From: a virus
Taxonomy: Duplodnaviria; Caudoviricetes
Virus record (IMG/VR): IMGVR_UViG_3300042485_001429
Location: 1 to 59,729 of that record
DNA length: 59,729 bases
Direction: 5' to 3' (one strand)
Below, in pieces: positions 57,304-59,729 of this stretch (position 1 is the stretch's first letter; each line of letters starts with the position of its first letter). A program made the translations under genes and the position numbers. Under the pieces are notes generated by a model. It saw only the letters and a list, made by a program, of their open reading frames with translations, searched no databases and was not told the DNA's origin.

Positions 57304-57633
57304 ATGAACAAAAGAACAACAACAAAAACAACAAAAGATCCTATTAACGTGACCCCATCTTTAATGGGTTCATATAGTGGGAGTAATGAGGATTTTGGTA
57401 GTGTCGGATTAGGGGGTGGAAATAGCATGTTTAATGTAAATGCGAGCAAGGCTTTTTATAGAGGTGGTATGGGATCGCATTATGATGCGTCAATTAATAT
57501 ACCAATTAAAAAAAGTACGCTTACGATTGGAGGAAACATAGATACTGACAATACGGGTTCTTTTAATTATGGTGCAAACGTTGGTTTAACTATTCCAATA
57601 GCCTTAAAAACAAAGAAGAAAAAAAAATTGTAA
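57304..57633 (+). CDS. RTT-leader protein with amphipathic beta-strands
   Basis: MNKRTTTKTTKDP; NYGANVGLTIPI; basic tail. Confidence 0.55.
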   Translation: MNKRTTTKTTKDPINVTPSLMGSYSGSNEDFGSVGLGGGNSMFNVNASKAFYRGGMGSHYDASINIPIKKSTLTIGGNIDTDNTGSFNYGANVGLTIPIALKTKKKKKL

Positions 57634-57638
57634 CTTTG
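57631..57638 (+). promoter_or_regulatory. Bacteroidota -7 promoter for scaffold/capsid
   Basis: TAACTTTG upstream of 57660. Confidence 0.6.
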
Positions 57639-57659
57639 TAAAATATTAAATTAAATAAA

Positions 57660-58739
57660 ATGGAAGGTGAATTTAAAGTAAGAGCTGTTGAGTTTGAAGA
57701 AAAGTCAGCAGTTGAGATTGAAGAAAAATTGCTTAAGGAACACGAAGAGAAATTAAACCCTACAAGTGAACCACAAGAGCAAGTAAATATTACAGAAGTT
57801 CCTGAGGTAGATATTGATGAAAATAAAATCATATCTTACTTAGGAAAAAGATACAACAAGGAGATATCATCTCTTGATGATATATGGGAACAGAGACAGG
57901 TAAATGAAGAACTACCTGAAGACGTTTCAGCATTCTTGAAGTATAAAAAAGAAACAGGTCGAGGGATAAATGATTTTATGAATCTTAGTAAAGATTATAA
58001 TTCAATGGACCAAGACACTTTGCTTTTTGATTTTTATAAAGAACAAAACAAGGAGCTAGACTCTGATGATGTTCGTTGGGAGATTCAAAATAAGTTCTCT
58101 TTTGATGAGGACTTTGATGATGAAAAAGACGTAAAAAGAAAACAAGTAGCAAAGAAAAAAGAGCTTGCCAAAGCTAAAGAGTATTTTAACAACTTAAAAG
58201 AACAGTACAAAGTGCCACTTGAGTCAGGTGATTCTTTTGTTCCACAAGAAGAAAAAGATGCTTATAAAGCTTACAAGGAATATAGAGAAACCACAACTGC
58301 AAGCGAGCAGGATCAGGAGCGTAGATCTAAGTATTTTGCTGATAAAACAAATGAATTGTTTTCTGACAAATTTGAAGGTTTCAAGTTTAGTATAGACGAA
58401 GACAAGAAGTTAGTTTACAAGCCAGCTGAATCACAAGAACTATTGAAGGAGCAGTCTACATTAAAGAACTTTATAAACAAGTTTTTAAATGATGATGGCT
58501 ACCTACAAGACGCTGAGATGTTCCATCGTTCTATAGCTGTTGCCTCTAACCCAGAGAAGTTTGCCAAATTCTTTTATGAAAAAGGTAAATCTGAAGCGGT
58601 AGAAGGTGTTGCAAGAGAGTCTAAAAATATAGATATGACTCGTAATGCAACGTCTATAACACCAACTCAAGGGTTTCAGGTAAGATCGGTAGATGCGGAT
58701 CGTGGAAATAGATTAGTAATTAGAAAAAATAAAACTTAG
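57660..58739 (+). CDS. Putative capsid scaffolding protein
   Basis: Acidic helical 359 aa between portal and capsid. Confidence 0.65.
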   Translation: MEGEFKVRAVEFEEKSAVEIEEKLLKEHEEKLNPTSEPQEQVNITEVPEVDIDENKIISYLGKRYNKEISSLDDIWEQRQVNEELPEDVSAFLKYKKETGRGINDFMNLSKDYNSMDQDTLLFDFYKEQNKELDSDDVRWEIQNKFSFDEDFDDEKDVKRKQVAKKKELAKAKEYFNNLKEQYKVPLESGDSFVPQEEKDAYKAYKEYRETTTASEQDQERRSKYFADKTNELFSDKFEGFKFSIDEDKKLVYKPAESQELLKEQSTLKNFINKFLNDDGYLQDAEMFHRSIAVASNPEKFAKFFYEKGKSEAVEGVARESKNIDMTRNATSITPTQGFQVRSVDADRGNRLVIRKNKT

Positions 58740-58744
58740 AAATT

Positions 58745-59729
58745 ATGGCTGGATCAATAGCAGCGAGTCCAGGGGTAGCGATTACTCCTAGCTCAGTAAA
58801 GGCAACATTGCCAACAAATTATATTACAAACTTTGACTTCTTGAATCAGTATCTTCCTGATACATATGAGCAAGAATTTGAGCGTTACGGTAATAGATCA
58901 ATCGCATCATTCTTACGTATGGTTGGTGCAGAACTTCCTTCTAACTCTGACATGATTAAATGGTCAGAACAAGGTCGTTTACATACAAAGTATACAAATG
59001 TTATCCCATCGTCAGCAGCAGGTTCAGATACCGCTATTTTTACAATGGCAACAACAAGTCCTGCTACAGTATGTAACTTTAGACTTAATCAAACTGTATT
59101 TATTTCATCTCAAAGTGTAGCTGCTAATTCTGCAAGAGGAGTTATTAGTGCAGTTGCAGCTAACGGATCTACATTTGATGTTAAATTTTATAATGCATCT
59201 GGTTCACCATTTACAATCACTACTGAGCTTGTAACTGTATTTGTTTACGGTTCTGAATTTCAGAAAGGTGTTGCTGGAATGTCAGGAAGCAACGAATCAC
59301 AAGACTTGTACTTTGACAATAAGCCAATTATCATTAAAGATAAGTATGAAGTTTCTGGTTCTGATATGGCACAAGTTGGATGGGTTGAGGTAACTACTGA
59401 AAATGGAGCTGCTGGGTACTTATGGTACATCAAGTCAGAGCACGAGACTCGTCTACGTTTTGATGATTATCTAGAAATGGCTATGGTTGAAGGCGTTCGT
59501 GCTGAAACAGCATCTGACGCATTAGCTTACTTGTCTCCATCTAGTGCATCTGCTCCAGGTGCTGCTGCTGGTTCAACGGCTGCTGGTACAATGGGTATGT
59601 TCAGTGCTATTGAAACTCGTGGTAATGTATGGTCTGGAGGTAATCCAACTGCATTATCTGATTTTGATTCAATTGTACAACGTCTTGACAAGCAAGGAGC
59701 TATTGCTGAAAACGCATTGTTCTTAAATC
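58745..59729 (+). CDS. Major capsid protein (truncated by window end)
   Basis: MAGSIAASPG...QYLPDTYEQEFERYGNR...WSEQGRLH; frame runs toward the window end; position after the scaffold. Confidence 0.8.
   Translation, partial: MAGSIAASPGVAITPSSVKATLPTNYITNFDFLNQYLPDTYEQEFERYGNRSIASFLRMVGAELPSNSDMIKWSEQGRLHTKYTNVIPSSAAGSDTAIFTMATTSPATVCNFRLNQTVFISSQSVAANSARGVISAVAANGSTFDVKFYNASGSPFTITTELVTVFVYGSEFQKGVAGMSGSNESQDLYFDNKPIIIKDKYEVSGSDMAQVGWVEVTTENGAAGYLWYIKSEHETRLRFDDYLEMAMVEGVRAETASDALAYLSPSSASAPGAAAGSTAAGTMGMFSAIETRGNVWSGGNPTALSDFDSIVQRLDKQGAIAENALFLN

Noticed and set aside
1-59729. Stop-codon reassignment as in some crAss-like phages
   Set aside because: Long genes are intact under code 11, and TAA, TAG and TGA all terminate genes

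Overview
Near-complete genome of a tailed dsDNA phage, probably podovirus-like and infecting a Bacteroidota (Flavobacteriia-like) host; the host call rests on many TAnnTTTG promoters, no Shine-Dalgarno sites, and DUF3127- and BT4734/VirE-type genes. The window starts inside a head-tail gene and ends inside the major capsid gene. Layout: 1-21957 (+) tail and ejection module with a 3326-aa polyvalent protein; 21942-37788 (-) replication and early genes (no DNA polymerase, RNA polymerase or integrase recognised); about 37800-38850 non-coding control region; 38852-59729 (+) small basic proteins, GroEL/GroES, lysis, adhesin, terminase, portal, scaffold and capsid. Notable signals not in the ORF annotation: a type I hammerhead ribozyme (36988-37045, -), a 28-bp XerC/D dif-like site without an integrase (38527-38554), a small basic gene overprinted in the +1 frame of the giant gene (14846-15037), an A10 slippery site near that gene's start, a glycosyltransferase coupled to a poly-Thr virion protein, an HNH gene that appears to have captured its neighbour's 5' end, an ECF-type promoter upstream of a long structured RNA, and an iteron-type origin. 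Family assignments come from motif recognition only; no searches were run.
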